A DNA stretch of 64,000 bases from an uncultured Gemmatimonadaceae bacterium (lineage in GTDB: Bacteria; Gemmatimonadota; Gemmatimonadetes; Gemmatimonadales; Gemmatimonadaceae), in contig CAVXGK010000002.1 in the NCBI GenBank assembly GCA_963761305.1, forward strand, positions 1,600,001 through 1,664,000. Reading direction: 5' to 3'. The position numbers were made by a program, and so were the translations under genes. The first letter of the stretch is position 1. Each line of letters begins with the position of its first letter. Under the pieces are notes generated by a model. It ran no database searches, was not told where the DNA came from, and worked only from the letters and a program-made list of their open reading frames with translations. Below are positions 1-9,563 of the stretch, in pieces.

Positions 1-2
1 GT

Positions 3-185
3 CTCAAGATTCCGCGGCACGTCGCCGGCGTTCCGGACGACGTGTTGCGTCCTCGATCGACGTGGGCCGACGGCGGCGCCTACGACGCGCAGGCCGCGAA
101 GCTCGCATCGATGTTCCGCGAAAACTTCGCCAAGTTCGAGAAGTTCGTTCCGGATTCGGTGAAAGCCGCGGGGCCAAAGGCCTAG
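3..185 (+). CDS. pckA: Phosphoenolpyruvate carboxykinase (ATP), C-terminal fragment (gene starts before the window)
   Basis: Frame 3 reads LKIPRHVAGVPDDVLRPRSTWADGGAYDAQAAKLASMFRENFAKF...AAGPKA*, the typical PckA C-terminus (P..VL.PR.TW.D...YD.QA.KLA.MF.ENF.KF). Not in the ORF track. Confidence 0.85.
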   Translation, partial: LKIPRHVAGVPDDVLRPRSTWADGGAYDAQAAKLASMFRENFAKFEKFVPDSVKAAGPKA

Positions 186-216
186 CGATCTGGCCACCGC
201 CGGCGTTCTCGAAAAT

Positions 217-337
217 GGGAACGCAGATGCCGCAGATTTTCAAAAGCGATGCCGCAGATAAAAAGGGGTGACCGATCGTGGTCACCCCCTTATCACATCT
301 CCGTGCATCTGCGTGCATCTGCGGCATCGTTGTTCCC
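217..337. repeat. Nested inverted-repeat element with central GC hairpin between convergent genes (likely terminator/REP-like)
   Basis: GGGAAC..GATGCCGCAGAT (217-237; core repeated at 248-259) is mirrored by ATCTGCGGCATC..GTTCCC (317-337). Central stem GGGGTGACC/GGTCACCCC (265-288). Confidence 0.75.
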
Positions 338-391
338 CTCTTGTTCGTCGCCAATCGTAGCCGGGGTGCCAAGAGAGAAGCGACAATCCGT

Positions 392-1150
392 TCAGTGCGG
401 CGTTATCGATTGACGAATCGCTTGACGCTCGGCCGCGCGGATCGGTTCGATCGGACCGGCGCCGAGTGCGAGGAAGGGCTTGGCCTCCCCGAGTGCGCTC
501 GACGCGTCGCGCGCCATCGGTGATTCGCTGGCCACGTGCCCGTGAGCTTGCGCCGGGCGCTCGGCCAGCACCTTCGTCACGAAGCGCTGGCCCTCGGCGA
601 CGCGCTCGATCTCGATCGCGATGGCGTCGACGGCTTGCTCGAGCCGGTCGAGACGCGGTGCAACCGTGTCGGTCTGCGTAGACGCCGACGGCATGCCGCG
701 CCAGATGCGGCGCGCGTACGCGACCGCCAGCGGGAAGGCCACGGCGATGGCGAGCGTGAACGACATGCCCACGATGATGTCCGGATCTGGCCCCCGTCGC
801 GGGAAGTCCGGACGGCCCTGCATCGGACGACCATTCGGCCCCAGGTTCTCAGCGGAGATCCCCATGCGGCTGGCGAGCTGCGCCCGCGTGCCGGCCAGGT
901 CCATTTGAAGCTTGAGGATCTGGTTGTCGAGCACCGTCCGCTGCGCCAACAGCCCTTCAGGCCCGGGGTCCGAGCTGACGTTTATCCGCCCCTGAAGCAC
1001 CCGGAGCTGCGCCTGAAACACCGCGAGCTGCTGCGCCTGGCCGATGAACTGGGCCTGCAACGCCTCGAACGACAAGCCGCCCGCCTGTGGAACGATGGGC
1101 GTTCCTGCCGGAGGCGGCGTTTGAGTCTGGGGGCGGGGGGATGGCGTCAT
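392..1150 (-). CDS. Hypothetical membrane-anchored coiled-coil protein
   Basis: 252-aa ORF with a Q-rich coiled coil, one TM helix (IIVGMSFTLAIAVAFPLAVAYA) and the motif RLDRLEQAVDAIAIEIERVAEGQRFVTK, which I recognise from Gemmatimonadota hypothetical proteins. Confidence 0.75.
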   Translation of the reverse strand: MTPSPRPQTQTPPPAGTPIVPQAGGLSFEALQAQFIGQAQQLAVFQAQLRVLQGRINVSSDPGPEGLLAQRTVLDNQILKLQMDLAGTRAQLASRMGISAENLGPNGRPMQGRPDFPRRGPDPDIIVGMSFTLAIAVAFPLAVAYARRIWRGMPSASTQTDTVAPRLDRLEQAVDAIAIEIERVAEGQRFVTKVLAERPAQAHGHVASESPMARDASSALGEAKPFLALGAGPIEPIRAAERQAIRQSITPH

Positions 1151-1283
1151 GGGCGGCGCTGCCTCGAGTGTGGGCGTGCGTCACCTACGAGTATTGAAAG
1201 ACGGCGGTTTCCGTTTGCAACGGCGGGATACGGCGAGGCCAGCCGGGCCCGGCTATCATACGCGAGACTTCCGCCGAAACGCC

Positions 1284-2555
1284 GTGGACATCATCCGCGA
1301 TCCGCTCTGGAACAACATACGGTTCGATCCGCTCGCCTTCGAGTTGATCGACACGCCGGCATTCCAGCGGCTCCGATATGTTCGCCAGCTGGGACTCGCC
1401 TTTCTCGTCTACCCCGGCGCCACGCATTCGCGGTTCGAGCACGCGCTCGGCACTTATCATCTCACGCGGCGCGCATTCAGCCTGATCGAGGACCAGCCTG
1501 ATTTCGGCCTGGTCGATCGGGAAGACGTCCAGCTCACGCGGCTCGCTGCCCTGCTCCACGACATCGGCCACTATCCGTTCTCGCACGCGCTCGAGGAGAT
1601 CGGCGCGATGCACCACGAAGACGTTGCCCGCCCGCTCATCTGCGAGGGCGAAGTCGCCGAGGTGCTGCGACGGGAGCTGGGCGACGAGGCGCCGCAACGC
1701 ATCCACGCGCTGATCTGCGGGAAAAGCGACAGTCCTCTCCAGGGACTCATCTCCGGCTCGATCGACCTCGACAAGCTCGACTACCTTCGCCGCGACGCGT
1801 TCATGTGTGGCGTGAGCTACGGCGAGATCGACGTCGACCGGCTGATCAACGCGCTGGCGATCGTGCGCGATCCCGAAACCGGCGCGCCGCGCATCGGCAT
1901 GGTCGAGAAGGGTCTGTCGGCGCTCGAGTCGCTGCTGTTCGCGCGCTATCAGATGTATCGCAACGTGTATTGGCACCACGCCGTGCGCAGCGCCACGGTG
2001 ATGTACAAGCGTCTCGTGAGCGACGCGCTCGACGCCGGCACGCTCGACGCTCGGACGCTGGCCGGTTTCACCGACGAAGGCCTGCTGCACGCCCTCGAGA
2101 TGCGGGCGCCGAATCAACTGCTCGAGTCGCTTCGCGGCCGGCGTTTGTACAAACGCGCGTTCGAATGTCCCGCCGCTGATCTCGCCGAGGACGACGCGGA
2201 GTGGATCGCCGACGATCCGCGCCTTACGGCGGCGGTCGAGAATCAGTTGGCGCGCGAGCTGAAGCTTCAGCCAGGCGAGCTCCTGCTCGACTATCCCGCG
2301 AAGACACAGATGCTCGGGCTCGACTTGCTGATTCAGCGCCCGTACGGCGACGTCCGTCGCGTGACAGCGTCGGGGTGGGAGGGCGTGATCAACCTGCCGA
2401 AGCTGTCCGAAGAGTTCTATCGCTCGGCGCGATGGCTGAGGGTGTTCACGTCGGAGCGATTGGCGATCGATCCGTCAAAGATGTTGGGGGTGGCGCGACT
2501 CCCGAGCGCCGAAGTGCGCGGCAGACTCACGCGCGGAAGCTCGTTGCTCGCATAG
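1284..2555 (+). CDS. HD-domain phosphohydrolase (YdhJ/SAMHD1-like dNTPase family)
   Basis: IRDPLW, FQRLRYVRQLG, HSRFEHALG, LLHDIGHYPFSH, DLDKLDYLRRD, VYWHH motifs. Start placed at GTG 1284. Confidence 0.9.
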   Translation: MDIIRDPLWNNIRFDPLAFELIDTPAFQRLRYVRQLGLAFLVYPGATHSRFEHALGTYHLTRRAFSLIEDQPDFGLVDREDVQLTRLAALLHDIGHYPFSHALEEIGAMHHEDVARPLICEGEVAEVLRRELGDEAPQRIHALICGKSDSPLQGLISGSIDLDKLDYLRRDAFMCGVSYGEIDVDRLINALAIVRDPETGAPRIGMVEKGLSALESLLFARYQMYRNVYWHHAVRSATVMYKRLVSDALDAGTLDARTLAGFTDEGLLHALEMRAPNQLLESLRGRRLYKRAFECPAADLAEDDAEWIADDPRLTAAVENQLARELKLQPGELLLDYPAKTQMLGLDLLIQRPYGDVRRVTASGWEGVINLPKLSEEFYRSARWLRVFTSERLAIDPSKMLGVARLPSAEVRGRLTRGSSLLA

Positions 2556-2567
2556 TGATGGATTGAT

Positions 2568-2582
2568 TGGCTTGGTCATTGC
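2568..2582 (+). promoter_or_regulatory. Candidate sigma-54 -24/-12 promoter
   Basis: TGGCTTGGTCATTGC (TGGC-N7-TTGC), 25 nt before ATG 2608 and just upstream of a GGAGG RBS. Confidence 0.4.
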
Positions 2583-2607
2583 CCTTCTCGACTGGGCGGA
2601 GGATTCA

Positions 2608-4794
2608 ATGACCAAACGTCAACTCGCGCTTCTGCTCGGCACAGCCGCCTGTTCGTGCGGCCGGTCGAGCACGCGCACGGCAGACTCGGCCGCAGGCGAC
2701 GTCGCCAACGATCCACCGGCGCGCGTCGCGCGCCTGAGCTCGATCGATGGCACGGTGTCGCTGCAGACGCCGGGCTCGGACGCATGGACGCGTCCGACAC
2801 AGAATTACACGCTATCCACCGGTGACAGACTGTACGCCGATTCGAATGCGCACGCCGAGCTCGACTTCGGCAACGGCGCGGTTCGCCTCGATCACGGCGG
2901 CGATCTCACCGTCACCAATCTCACCGACAACTTCACGCAGCTGGGGCTGGATCAAGGAGCGCTCGAGGCGAGTCTCTATCGGTATGACAAGGCCGATTCA
3001 CTCGAGTTCGACACGCCGAACGGCGCGCTCCTGCCGACCGCGGCCGGAACCTACATCGTGTCGGTCCAACCTGGCGACAGCGGAACCGTCGTCGACGTGG
3101 AGAGTGGCGCGCTCGATCTCACGGGGCCGGGACTTGATCAGACTCTAACGTCCGGGCAGGTCGTGAGGCTCATGGGGACGAATCCCATTCAGGCCGTCTC
3201 ACTCGACGATTCGTACGCGCAGTCGCAGCCGGCGTTCGCCGATCTCGATCAATGGCGCGCGGGCCGGGATCGATACTACACGTCGACCGGCGACGCGTCG
3301 CGGTACGTCTCCACCGCCAGTCCGGGGTGGGAAGATCTCGACGCCAATGGCGTCTGGGTCACCGATGCCGCGGACACACACGTGTGGTGTCCGACGCACG
3401 TCAGCAGCACGTGGGTGCCGTATCGCGCCGGCCACTGGTCGTGGGTCGAGCCGTGGGGATGGACGTGGGTGAGCGACGAGGCGTGGGGTTACACGCCCTT
3501 CCACTACGGACGTTGGGAATCGCTCACCAGCCATGACTGCGCGAGCAGTTGGGCTTGGGTGCCGGGTCCGGTCGTCGCACAACCGGTGTGGGCGCCGGCG
3601 TTGGTCGCCTTCGTCGACGGCGCCGCATTGCAGCTCAGGCAAGGGCCGGACGTCGAAGCATGGTTCCCGCTCGGACCGAGAGAACCGTTCTTCCCGTGGT
3701 ATCACCACAGCTTCGGCTATTTGCACGACGTGAATGCGACGAACCTGATCCAGGTCCGCGACATCGACGCCGTCATTCGCGACGAAGACCTGCGCAACGT
3801 TCGCAGGATCAATCGCGATAACGCGCTCACGATCGTTCGGTCCGCCTACTTCAGCGAAGGCGATCCGGTCGAACCGCACGCTATCAACATGAAGATCGAG
3901 GATCTTCCGCCGGTGCGCATCGCTGCGCATCCGTCGGTCAATCCACGAGACGAGCTCCTGGCGGGCGGCGCTCCCGCGCCGCGTCCGCACGTCGCGGAGC
4001 GACCGGAGATGGTGTTGACGCGAGCCAATGCGCGCGCAGCGGAACGCGGCGAGCTAGCGGGAGCGCCGCAGAACGCACGCGTACCACGCGAGGGCCAGGG
4101 CGTCGCGGTCGCCTCCCCGGCGGGAGTTCGTGAGCGACCTGCGCCGGTCGTCACGAGGAACGCGCCAAGGGAATCCGGCGGTCAACTGCGCGAGGCGCCC
4201 GGCGAGGTCGCCCCTCCGCTCGAGCATGGCAATCGCGCGGGCCCACCGGTCGAGCGTGGCAACCGTGCGGAATCGCCCGCGCCTGCGTCGCGTCCGACGA
4301 ACACACCGCGGCCGTTGATTGCCCGCAATGCGCCCCCAGCGGCGCGTCCCAGCCCGGCTGCGCGGCAGTCGGCGATGCAGGCGCACCCAGGCCGTCCGCT
4401 CGAGCCTCGGCAAATCGAAAACCTGCGCACCGGCCGGCCGGCCGGTGCACCGCAGGACCACGAAGTCCCGCAACACAAGGTCGCGGCTCCGCCGTCGGTT
4501 CAAGCACGCCCGCAACCGAGTCGGCCAGCGGAGCCACAACGGGCAGCGCCGTCTCGGCCGCAGCCGCAGCACGTACAGGTGCAACAACGGCCGCAAGTGC
4601 AACAACGGCCTCAGGTGCAACAACGGCCTCAGGTGCAACAACGGCCGCAAGTGCAGTCGCGGCCGCAGCAGCAACAACCACAACCCGCGGCTCGGCCGGC
4701 TCCTTCGCGGAAACCGCCCTCACCCCCCGGCAAGGGTAAGCCGGGGGACGATGGCGGCGGCCGCGGCCACGGCGAGGAATCACTGGAGGATTGA
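2608..4794 (+). CDS. FecR-like/DUF6600 exported (lipo)protein with Pro/Gln-rich tail
   Basis: N-terminal hydrophobic stretch with Cys; DPPARVARLS..DG.VS start; WxPY..GHWSWVEPWGWTWVSDEAWGYTPFHYGRW signature; low-complexity C-terminus. Confidence 0.8.
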   Translation: MTKRQLALLLGTAACSCGRSSTRTADSAAGDVANDPPARVARLSSIDGTVSLQTPGSDAWTRPTQNYTLSTGDRLYADSNAHAELDFGNGAVRLDHGGDLTVTNLTDNFTQLGLDQGALEASLYRYDKADSLEFDTPNGALLPTAAGTYIVSVQPGDSGTVVDVESGALDLTGPGLDQTLTSGQVVRLMGTNPIQAVSLDDSYAQSQPAFADLDQWRAGRDRYYTSTGDASRYVSTASPGWEDLDANGVWVTDAADTHVWCPTHVSSTWVPYRAGHWSWVEPWGWTWVSDEAWGYTPFHYGRWESLTSHDCASSWAWVPGPVVAQPVWAPALVAFVDGAALQLRQGPDVEAWFPLGPREPFFPWYHHSFGYLHDVNATNLIQVRDIDAVIRDEDLRNVRRINRDNALTIVRSAYFSEGDPVEPHAINMKIEDLPPVRIAAHPSVNPRDELLAGGAPAPRPHVAERPEMVLTRANARAAERGELAGAPQNARVPREGQGVAVASPAGVRERPAPVVTRNAPRESGGQLREAPGEVAPPLEHGNRAGPPVERGNRAESPAPASRPTNTPRPLIARNAPPAARPSPAARQSAMQAHPGRPLEPRQIENLRTGRPAGAPQDHEVPQHKVAAPPSVQARPQPSRPAEPQRAAPSRPQPQHVQVQQRPQVQQRPQVQQRPQVQQRPQVQSRPQQQQPQPAARPAPSRKPPSPPGKGKPGDDGGGRGHGEESLED
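4576..4665 (+). repeat. In-frame 18-bp tandem repeat x5 (QVQQRP)
   Basis: CAGGTGCAACAACGGCC(G/T)-like units start at 4576, 4594, 4612, 4630 and 4648. Confidence 0.9.
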
Positions 4795-5891
4795 TGCGTT
4801 GGTCATGGACGATCGCAAGAGTCAAGGGCATCGACGTCGACATTCACGCGACGTTTCTGCTCTTGCTCGCCTGGATCGCGCTCGCCGACTACCAGATTGC
4901 GCACACCAAGTCGGCGGCGGTGATTGGCATTCTCTTCACGCTGGCGATCTTCGCGTCGGTCGTGCTGCACGAGTTCGGTCACGCGCTCACGGCGGCGCGT
5001 TTCGGTGTGAAGACGCGCAGCATCACTCTGCTGCCCATCGGCGGCGTCGCCCGACTCGAACGCATGCCCTCGCGCCCGCGCGAGGAGCTGATCATCGCGT
5101 TGGCCGGACCAGCCGTGACGGTGGCGATCATCGTCGTGCTGTACGCGGTACTGCGGCTGGCGCGCGTCCCGGTCGTCTCGTCGCCCACGCCGCTCGGCTT
5201 CTGGTCGTTCGTCGCTCAGGTGATGTGGGTGAACGTCGTGCTGGCGTTCTTCAACCTGCTTCCCGCGTTCCCGATGGACGGCGGGCGGGTGCTGCGCGCC
5301 GCGCTGGCGATGCGAATGTCGTTCGAGCACGCGACGGAGATCGCCGCGCGGATCGGCAAGGCGTTCGCGCTGTTGTTCGCGCTGTTCGGGCTGTTCGTCG
5401 TGAACAACCCGTTCCTCGTGATCATCGGCGTCTTCGTGTGGCTGGCGGCCGCGGCCGAATCGCACGCTGCCCAGCTCAAGATGACGGTCGGCAACGTCGC
5501 GGTCTCGAAGGCGATGATCACCGACGTGCGCACGCTGGCGCCGACGGAGTCGGTCTCAGCGGCGATCGAAGAAGTGCGTTCCGGTTTTCAGCACGACTTC
5601 CCGGTCGTGGACGGCAACGGGATCGAGGGCGTGCTGACGCGCGAGGGATTGTTGCGCGCGATGGCCGAGGGCCATTCGGAGGAACCGGTCGGCCAGGTGA
5701 TGCAGCGGAACTTCTGCGCGACGACGCCCGACGAATCGCTCGAGCAGGCGATGCAACGGTTGCAGGAAGGGCACTGTCAGGCGATGCCCGTGCTGCGCGG
5801 ACGCCAGGTCGTCGGATTGCTGACGGCGGAGAAGATTCAGGAGTACGTGCTGATCTCCACCGCCGCGCGCGCGGGCCGCGCCGCAGCGTAG
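4794..5891 (+). CDS. Site-2 protease (M50) with C-terminal CBS pair
   Basis: HEFGH zinc motif, NLLPAFPMDGGR, several TM helices, two CBS domains. ATG overlaps the upstream stop (TGATG). Confidence 0.92.
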   Translation: MRWSWTIARVKGIDVDIHATFLLLLAWIALADYQIAHTKSAAVIGILFTLAIFASVVLHEFGHALTAARFGVKTRSITLLPIGGVARLERMPSRPREELIIALAGPAVTVAIIVVLYAVLRLARVPVVSSPTPLGFWSFVAQVMWVNVVLAFFNLLPAFPMDGGRVLRAALAMRMSFEHATEIAARIGKAFALLFALFGLFVVNNPFLVIIGVFVWLAAAAESHAAQLKMTVGNVAVSKAMITDVRTLAPTESVSAAIEEVRSGFQHDFPVVDGNGIEGVLTREGLLRAMAEGHSEEPVGQVMQRNFCATTPDESLEQAMQRLQEGHCQAMPVLRGRQVVGLLTAEKIQEYVLISTAARAGRAAA

Positions 5892-5910
5892 CCCGCGCGC
5901 CGAGAACGCG

Positions 5911-8649
5911 TCACTTCTTGTCGATCGACGCGTTCTCGCGGTAGTAGTCGCCGAGCAGATGTTCGGCGAAGTACTCGAACATCAGGTGGTTCGTGTACGG
6001 CGTGTCGTCGCCGTACCCGTGCGGTTTTCCCGGCAGCAGCATGAAGTCGAACCGCTTGTTCGCCTTGATCAGCGCGTTCACCAGGCGGATGGTGTTGGCC
6101 GGATGAACGTTGTTGTCCATGTCGCCGGTCTCGAGGAGCAAGTTGCCCTTGAGATTCGCCGCCAGGTCGACCGTCGTCGGCACGTGAATCTGGAACGCGT
6201 CGGTCGTGTCGTCGTCGGCGATGGACCCGTCGACCAGAGTCGGTGCCGCGGCCGCACGCCCCCGCCCACCGCCGTTCGGCGCGCCGCCGTTGCCATTGCC
6301 GTCCTGCGACGCGGAGCCCGCTTGGACCACGCCGGTCCGGCCGCCCGCCTTCGCCACGATCTTGAGCCCGTGGTACTGCTCGCTCCAGTTCTGGTTGTAG
6401 ATGTTGTTGTCATGGTTTCCTGATTCGCTCACGCCGACTTTGAAGAACTCGTTGTACGGCGGGAGGAGCATCGCTGCGGCGGTGAGGAATCCGCCGCCCG
6501 AATGGCCGTAGATGCCAACGCGGTCGAGGTCGATCCACTTGTAGCGCGCGGCGAGTTGCTCGATGCCCGCCTTTTTGTCGGCCAGCGCGTAGTCACGCAG
6601 GTTGTAATAGCTGTATCCCTGATATTCCTGCGACCGCTGCGGGCTGCCGCCGCGGTTGCCGATCTGGATGACGATGAACCCGAGTTGCGCCAACTGCTGT
6701 GGGATCGCGGTCGGCGAGAAAGTGAAGTTCACCGTTTCGGTCTGCGGCCCCGGGTACACGTTGGCGATGATCGGATACTTCTTCGTCGAGTCGAAGTTGA
6801 ACGGCTTCCACATGTTGCCGTAGATGTCGGTAACGCCGTCGGCGGCCTTCGTCTGGAATTTCTCCGGCGCCCTCCAGCCGAGCTCCTTGAGACCCGACAC
6901 GTCCATCGTCTCGAGATCCATCACGGTCTTGCCCGTCGCGTCGCGCAGCACGGCGTGCGGCACGAGGTCGACGCGCGACGAGTTGTCGACGATCCACTTC
7001 ATGTTCGACGAGAGCCGCGAATCGTGCGACGCGTCGCCGGCATCGAGCATGGCGAAGCCGGTGCCGTCGAGATTCACGCGATACGTGTGGGTGTAGTACG
7101 GATTCTCACCCGGTTCGCGCCCGACCGCCGCGAAGTACAGCACGCCCTTCACCGAATCGACGTCGACGATCCGTTCGGCGCGCCATGCGCCGGACGTCAA
7201 CGCGCGTTTCAGGTGGCCGCCGTTGTCGTACAGGTAGTAGTGGCCCCAGCCGGAACGCTCGGACCACCAGATGAAATCGCCGCCCGTCTTCACGTAGCGC
7301 ACGTTCTGCCGCTCGCTCGAGTTGTTCTCGATGTCCTCGTGCAGCAGTTGCGTCGTCGTCTGCGCGGGCAACGCGATGTCGATCAGCTCGAAGTGCCGCT
7401 GCGTGCGGTCGCGCCGCACCAGTCGCAGGTGGTCGGCGGTGCCGTCCCAGTGCAGATCGAACAGCCGCTGGTCCTTCCACTTCTTGATGGTCACCGGCGT
7501 GAGTTTTGTGTCGCCCACGCGCCACGACCACAGCTCCTCCACGCCAACCTCGGTCTCACCGGGCATGGCGTACGTGTACTCCATCAACTCCGGACGCGGG
7601 TTCGCGAGGTTGTTGACGAGATAGAGCGGCTTGACCTTGCGCTGGTCGTTGCGGATCACGGCGAATCCTTTCGAGTCCTGCGACCAGACGACGTTCGCGC
7701 GGACGCGCGGATCGCGATTCACGCCACCGCGCCCGCCGCCACCGTCATTGCCCCCGCCCTGCTGCGTCGAATCGTCCTGCTGCGTTTGTTGCCGTTGCAG
7801 TTCCTGCTGCTGCCGGTCCTGGAGCGTGTCGCGCGCGCCGAAGCTGTAGTTCTTCACGCCGTCGTGCGTGAGCTGCACGGTGTCCTTCGACGACACCTTC
7901 ACGAGATAGAGATTGTGATCGCGCGCGAACGCGAACATGCTGCTGTCGGGCGAGTAGTTGTGGAAATCGCCGCCGCGGCCGCCGCCGAAACCACCGCCCC
8001 CGCCACCACCGCCGCCCGCGCGGCCGCCACCCCCGCCGCCGCACGTGTTCACCGTATCCGGAGGCGCGGCGTTACCTGCGACACCGTCGACGCCACCGCG
8101 ACCACCGCGGCCACCGCGGCCCGCCCCGCCCGCCCCGCCCGCCGCTCCGCCGGCGTTCGCCGGTCCGACGCGCGTCAACGTTTCAGCCGCGACGTTCCAC
8201 TCCCACTTGGAGCTGTCGGCTGTGAACGTGAACGTCTTCCGGTCCTTGGAGAACGTGAGCGAATTGAACGGAAGGCTCTGCGGGTCGTGTGCGTGGTGGC
8301 TCAGGTCCGACAGCTGAGACGCAAGCTTCACCTGATCGAACAGCGGCTTCTTGGTCTTCGTCGTCGGAACGACGAGAAAGAACGTGCTCCCCGTGTGGTC
8401 CTTCCAGTCGTAACAGAGCGAATCGCTCTGTCCGAGCCAGTGCGGGTTCACGGCGCTCGTGTAGACGCGCGAGCGCAGGCTCGCCGCCGAGAATTTGTCG
8501 GCGAGCTCCCAATTCGCTTTGTTGCCGTGATCCTGGGCCGCCGCCGTCGACGCGACGGCGCCGATGAGCGCCAGGCCAAGTTGGACGGCACGGACAACCG
8601 GCGCGAACCTCGAACCGTTCCGGCGGGGGCGGGGGCGGCGCATGGACAT
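5911..8649 (-). CDS. S9B dipeptidyl peptidase IV family serine peptidase (secreted)
   Basis: Signal peptide, DPPIV_N propeller, YPGP, GHSGGG nucleophile, DNNVH, catalytic His (KPHGY). Confidence 0.9.
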   Translation of the reverse strand: MSMRRPRPRRNGSRFAPVVRAVQLGLALIGAVASTAAAQDHGNKANWELADKFSAASLRSRVYTSAVNPHWLGQSDSLCYDWKDHTGSTFFLVVPTTKTKKPLFDQVKLASQLSDLSHHAHDPQSLPFNSLTFSKDRKTFTFTADSSKWEWNVAAETLTRVGPANAGGAAGGAGGAGRGGRGGRGGVDGVAGNAAPPDTVNTCGGGGGGRAGGGGGGGGGFGGGRGGDFHNYSPDSSMFAFARDHNLYLVKVSSKDTVQLTHDGVKNYSFGARDTLQDRQQQELQRQQTQQDDSTQQGGGNDGGGGRGGVNRDPRVRANVVWSQDSKGFAVIRNDQRKVKPLYLVNNLANPRPELMEYTYAMPGETEVGVEELWSWRVGDTKLTPVTIKKWKDQRLFDLHWDGTADHLRLVRRDRTQRHFELIDIALPAQTTTQLLHEDIENNSSERQNVRYVKTGGDFIWWSERSGWGHYYLYDNGGHLKRALTSGAWRAERIVDVDSVKGVLYFAAVGREPGENPYYTHTYRVNLDGTGFAMLDAGDASHDSRLSSNMKWIVDNSSRVDLVPHAVLRDATGKTVMDLETMDVSGLKELGWRAPEKFQTKAADGVTDIYGNMWKPFNFDSTKKYPIIANVYPGPQTETVNFTFSPTAIPQQLAQLGFIVIQIGNRGGSPQRSQEYQGYSYYNLRDYALADKKAGIEQLAARYKWIDLDRVGIYGHSGGGFLTAAAMLLPPYNEFFKVGVSESGNHDNNIYNQNWSEQYHGLKIVAKAGGRTGVVQAGSASQDGNGNGGAPNGGGRGRAAAAPTLVDGSIADDDTTDAFQIHVPTTVDLAANLKGNLLLETGDMDNNVHPANTIRLVNALIKANKRFDFMLLPGKPHGYGDDTPYTNHLMFEYFAEHLLGDYYRENASIDKK

Positions 8650-8780
8650 ACTCTCCCGATGTGCTGGACAGCGTGGATGCGGCGGACGATTCGTCGTTCG
8701 CCGCGGTTGGCAATGATTTGCAGGGGTGCCAGACTTCTGGGAAGGGCTACGCGGAAGCCGCGTCCCGTGCTGCCGCCGGA

Positions 8781-9563
8781 TCAGCGGGGCGTCGCGACTT
8801 CCTTGGTCGTGGAGCCCACGCCGTCTTCGTCGGCCGCCACTTGGACGACGATCGCCGTGATGTTGTCCAGTCCGCCCCGCCCGTTCGCCTCGGAAATCAA
8901 CGCCAGAACTTTGCGTTCCGGCTCGGCGCGCGACATGAGGAGGATCTGGAGGCGGCGGTCGTCCACCATGCTCGTGAGCCCGTCGCTCGCCACGAGGAAC
9001 AGGTCGCCGACGCTGACGTCGCCGTGGTAGATGTCCGGCTCCACGTCGGGGCTCGCGCCCACGCAGCGCGTGATGACGTTGCTGTACGGATGGTACCGCG
9101 CCTGTTCCGGCGTCAGGAACCCGGCGTCGACCTGCTCCTGCACGTAGGAGTGGTCCTTCGTGAGTTGGTGCAGCGCGCCGTCGCGGAGCAGATACACGCG
9201 CGAATCGCCAACCTGGCCGATCAGGTACTGCGAGTCATAGATGAGCAGCACCGACGCCGTCGTCCCCATCCCCTGCTTGTCGACTTCGGTGATGGTGCGC
9301 TCGTGGATGTTTCGATTCGCCTTGCGCAGCGCCTGACTCAGGCGATCACCGGTCGACGCGTCGAGGTCTCTGAGACTATCGAGCTCCTGCTCGATGGTCT
9401 GCACGGCCATCTCGCTGGCGACTTCGCCGGCGGCGTGGCCGCCCATGCCGTCGGCGACGACGAACAGCCCGCGGTTTCCGCGGGCCATCACGGCGAAGTT
9501 GTCCTCGTTCCCGGACCGGATCATGCCCACGTCGGTCCGGGCGGCGTGAAGCAGGCGTACCAT
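8781..9563 (-). CDS. PP2C/PPM Ser/Thr protein phosphatase (Stp1/PrpC-like)
   Basis: TDVGMIRSGNED, VADGMGGH, GMGTT, VGDSR, SDGL, GGLDNIT motifs. ATG overlaps the FHA gene stop. Confidence 0.93.
   Translation of the reverse strand: MVRLLHAARTDVGMIRSGNEDNFAVMARGNRGLFVVADGMGGHAAGEVASEMAVQTIEQELDSLRDLDASTGDRLSQALRKANRNIHERTITEVDKQGMGTTASVLLIYDSQYLIGQVGDSRVYLLRDGALHQLTKDHSYVQEQVDAGFLTPEQARYHPYSNVITRCVGASPDVEPDIYHGDVSVGDLFLVASDGLTSMVDDRRLQILLMSRAEPERKVLALISEANGRGGLDNITAIVVQVAADEDGVGSTTKEVATPR

Noticed and set aside
1284..2555. HD dNTPase as an anti-phage defence gene
   Set aside because: It looks like the widespread housekeeping YdhJ-type family with host-like codon usage and has no defence neighbours.
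6502..9030. 842-aa plus-strand ORF, and similar long ORFs at 10817-12673, 14603-16222, 21587-23734, 36671-38467 and 58320-59759
   Set aside because: These are antisense shadows of well-supported genes, a normal consequence of stop-codon scarcity in high-GC DNA. They have no recognisable motifs.
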